A stretch of DNA of 64,000 bases, from positions 4,647,328-4,711,327 of the forward strand of contig MU054220.1 of assembly GCA_013239625.1 (NCBI GenBank), in the 5' to 3' direction. Numbering within the stretch: position 1 is the stretch's first letter; each line of letters begins with the position of its first letter. Below, one piece after another: positions 61,906 through 64,000 of the stretch. Source of the stretch: Lama guanicoe (Eukaryota). The notes beneath the pieces were generated by a model. That model worked only from the letters and a program-made list of their open reading frames with translations. It was not told where the DNA came from and made no database searches. The translations under genes and the position numbers were made by a program.

Positions 61906-64000
61906 GGACACTCTTATTTTTAACAAGCACATCCAATTGATTCTTATGTCCGATGGATACTGTCATGACATAAATAGACCTTTCACTTTCAGACAACATT
62001 TGAGGAAATCTCCAACTTGTACAGGTATTCCAAATTGCCTTCAAACCATTCTTATCAGGAGTTTCAGCAGGAAATGTTGCAGGAGCCTGGAGTAAGAAAA
62101 CTTAGATTCAATTTCGTTTACTGTGTAACCCTTACACCAGTCACTGCAGCTCCCTCTGGTCCTGGTACATTACGTGGAAATAATAACTACAGGGTTGTTG
62201 TGGGAATCATTTGAGATTACTTGCAAAGCAATTTGCAAATTAAGATGTCATCATTATGGTAAAATTTCATTAATTCAGCCTCCCCTAATTCAGAATGTGT
62301 GAACATTATTGTCTAACCCGCTGTGTTTTTTCACATTATCTATAAAGTGATCATCACCTTCTTTCATATGACAGGCAATGAGAGGTATTGGAACACACCG
62401 ATAAGCAGCAGCTCCCTGTTCCACAGCAAAATTATTCAACTGAATGTGCAAGATTAGGGGAGCCTTTTTACTCTATGAGCTCCATTCATGTGACAAGACT
62501 GGAGTGTCAGCTATCATTAAAGCAAGCTTGGCAATCCTTCTACTGGAAGTTGGCTTGGTGGTGAGCAGTTACTGACAGTCATTACAGTAAAACCTATCTG
62601 GGGAATGAGTTTTCCACATATGAGGAAGGCTAAGGGCACTTTAAAACTGGCATTTAAACTTCTAAAGGATACTGGACCCTTTCCTGGCCACTTTGAGAAA
62701 CAGATACTAAAACTATACAATATGTCCTTAGCAATTTAGTGTCATCGACATAATCTGTGTTAGGGCTATAGGCACAGCTGAGACTATAGATAAGAGATAT
62801 TGGATCAACCCACTTAGCTTGTAGCACCATCTACAGTGAAAAAGTCCTCCAGTCTAAATGTCCATGGAGGACTGGATCAAAAGCATGGCATAATGGTACC
62901 CTCAGGGGCTATGGAGATGGGTGTCACTTCTTCCAGTGTTCAGGCTTTTGTACAGAGAGGGCTTTTTGCCCTATACGAGTTGTGGAAAAGAGTGATGAAG
63001 TCCAGTGCATCCTCGCTGTTACCACTCATCGCCTCTGTGTCCTCCTCACCAGTTTTTCTCTCTTAATTCACCCCTGGCAAATCTCTCCTATTCCCACTCC
63101 TATCACTGCTTTTCAACAACCCACCACAGACACATCCCCCATTTTCTGCCCTTTGCCACTGATTTTCTTGCCTTGCCATTCTCTAACGGGATGCATGACC
63201 TTGAGCAAGTTGTTACCTCTTCCAGTGTATTTCCCTAAGAGTTCAGCTGAAGAGGTCCCCAACAGCTCTTCCAGTTTTGTTATTCTAACATTATTCTCTT
63301 TTGCCTCCTAATGATTTTTCAATTTTCTCAAGTTTCTCACAAAATGGCCGACTAAACTTTTGTAGATTATCAACCACCTGCAGTATTCAGCTCTTTCCAT
63401 GAAGCAAACAAACCATATACTCAACGCTCTGCAGTTAACTTTCTGGCAGTGATTAAGGATATACATTGACCATTTGATGCCTTTACCACCAGATAGATTT
63501 TCCAGGGAATTCAGTTCAATGTCTCTAACAATTCAAAAAGCCTGAAGGTACTAGAAGGCTTAGGTTCATTTTTATCAGGCCTTTAAAATAACAAAACTAC
63601 ATTTCGGTCAACACATCCCAGAATTCAATTTTTTCACTAATTCATCTCAGCCTTACCAACTTCCAAAGTTTTACTGAAATTTTCACTGGAAAAAATCTTC
63701 TTTACTAAAAGAAAATCTACTTGTAACAATTTTATAAAGATTTGGGGATGGATAATAAATGTATTACCAAAATTCTATTAATATTGAAATGTTTATTAAA
63801 TGTGGCAGAGTGGTTAGTTTCCTATAGCAATTTCCTAAAATATGTATGCAAGAAAATTAGTTTATTTCCAGTACTACCCAAGAACATCTTTCTGCTCTCA
63901 CTGCATTTCACACTTTCAAAACTGTTATCCCAGCCCTGCTATAATTCTGTGACCAGCCTTTGTCTAGTCAGCCTTGGTTCAATTTCAGTCTAGCTTTGTA

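Larger units (their letters stand above)
1..64000 (-). other. HSD17B12: Gene body (part of intron 1, exons 2-3, intron 2, part of intron 3) of HSD17B12
   Basis: Two spliceable exons encode consecutive HSD17B12 residues. Exon 1 (N-terminal membrane segment) and exon 4 (KEKFKVETRTIAVDF...) were not found, consistent with long flanking introns. L1 tails are mostly antisense to the gene. Confidence 0.85.

Noticed and set aside
216..63993. The supplied six-frame ORFs as protein-coding genes
   Set aside because: All are 160 aa or shorter and are either repeat-derived (L1 ORF1/ORF2, LTR, L2) or resemble no protein I know. The real coding exons are too short to appear in the track.

Overview
This is AT-rich, CpG-depleted mammalian genomic DNA, most likely camelid: it carries three tRNA-derived vic-1-type SINEs and artiodactyl-type L1 tails, and I saw no Bov-tA/BovB, PRE1 or Alu. 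The whole window appears to lie inside HSD17B12 (very-long-chain 3-ketoacyl-CoA reductase, SDR family) on the minus strand. Only two coding exons are present: exon 2 (23887-23933, VVTGSTDGIGKSYAEE) and exon 3 (21169-21244, LAKRGMKIVLISRSQDKLNQVSSEI). Exon 1 and exons 4 onward fall outside the window. The rest is intron, filled with L1, L2, MIR, HAL1, MaLR/ERVL/ERV1 LTRs and hAT/Tigger fossils. None of the supplied ORFs is a real gene. I found no convincing new multi-gene system. The most notable observations are: (1) a strong-site 67-nt poison/cryptic exon behind a UG-rich, TDP-43-type tract; (2) a tail-less, 5'UTR-only L1 insertion with a perfect 16-bp TSD; (3) a MEF2/E-box/Pbx-Meis motif cluster; (4) a divergent CTCF-like pair; (5) a MER41-like LTR with an N4-spaced STAT site; (6) a candidate alternative last exon after exon 3; (7) a possible ancient RT fossil. 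Repeat subfamily names come from recognition by eye and most repeat boundaries are approximate; they need RepeatMasker/Dfam confirmation.
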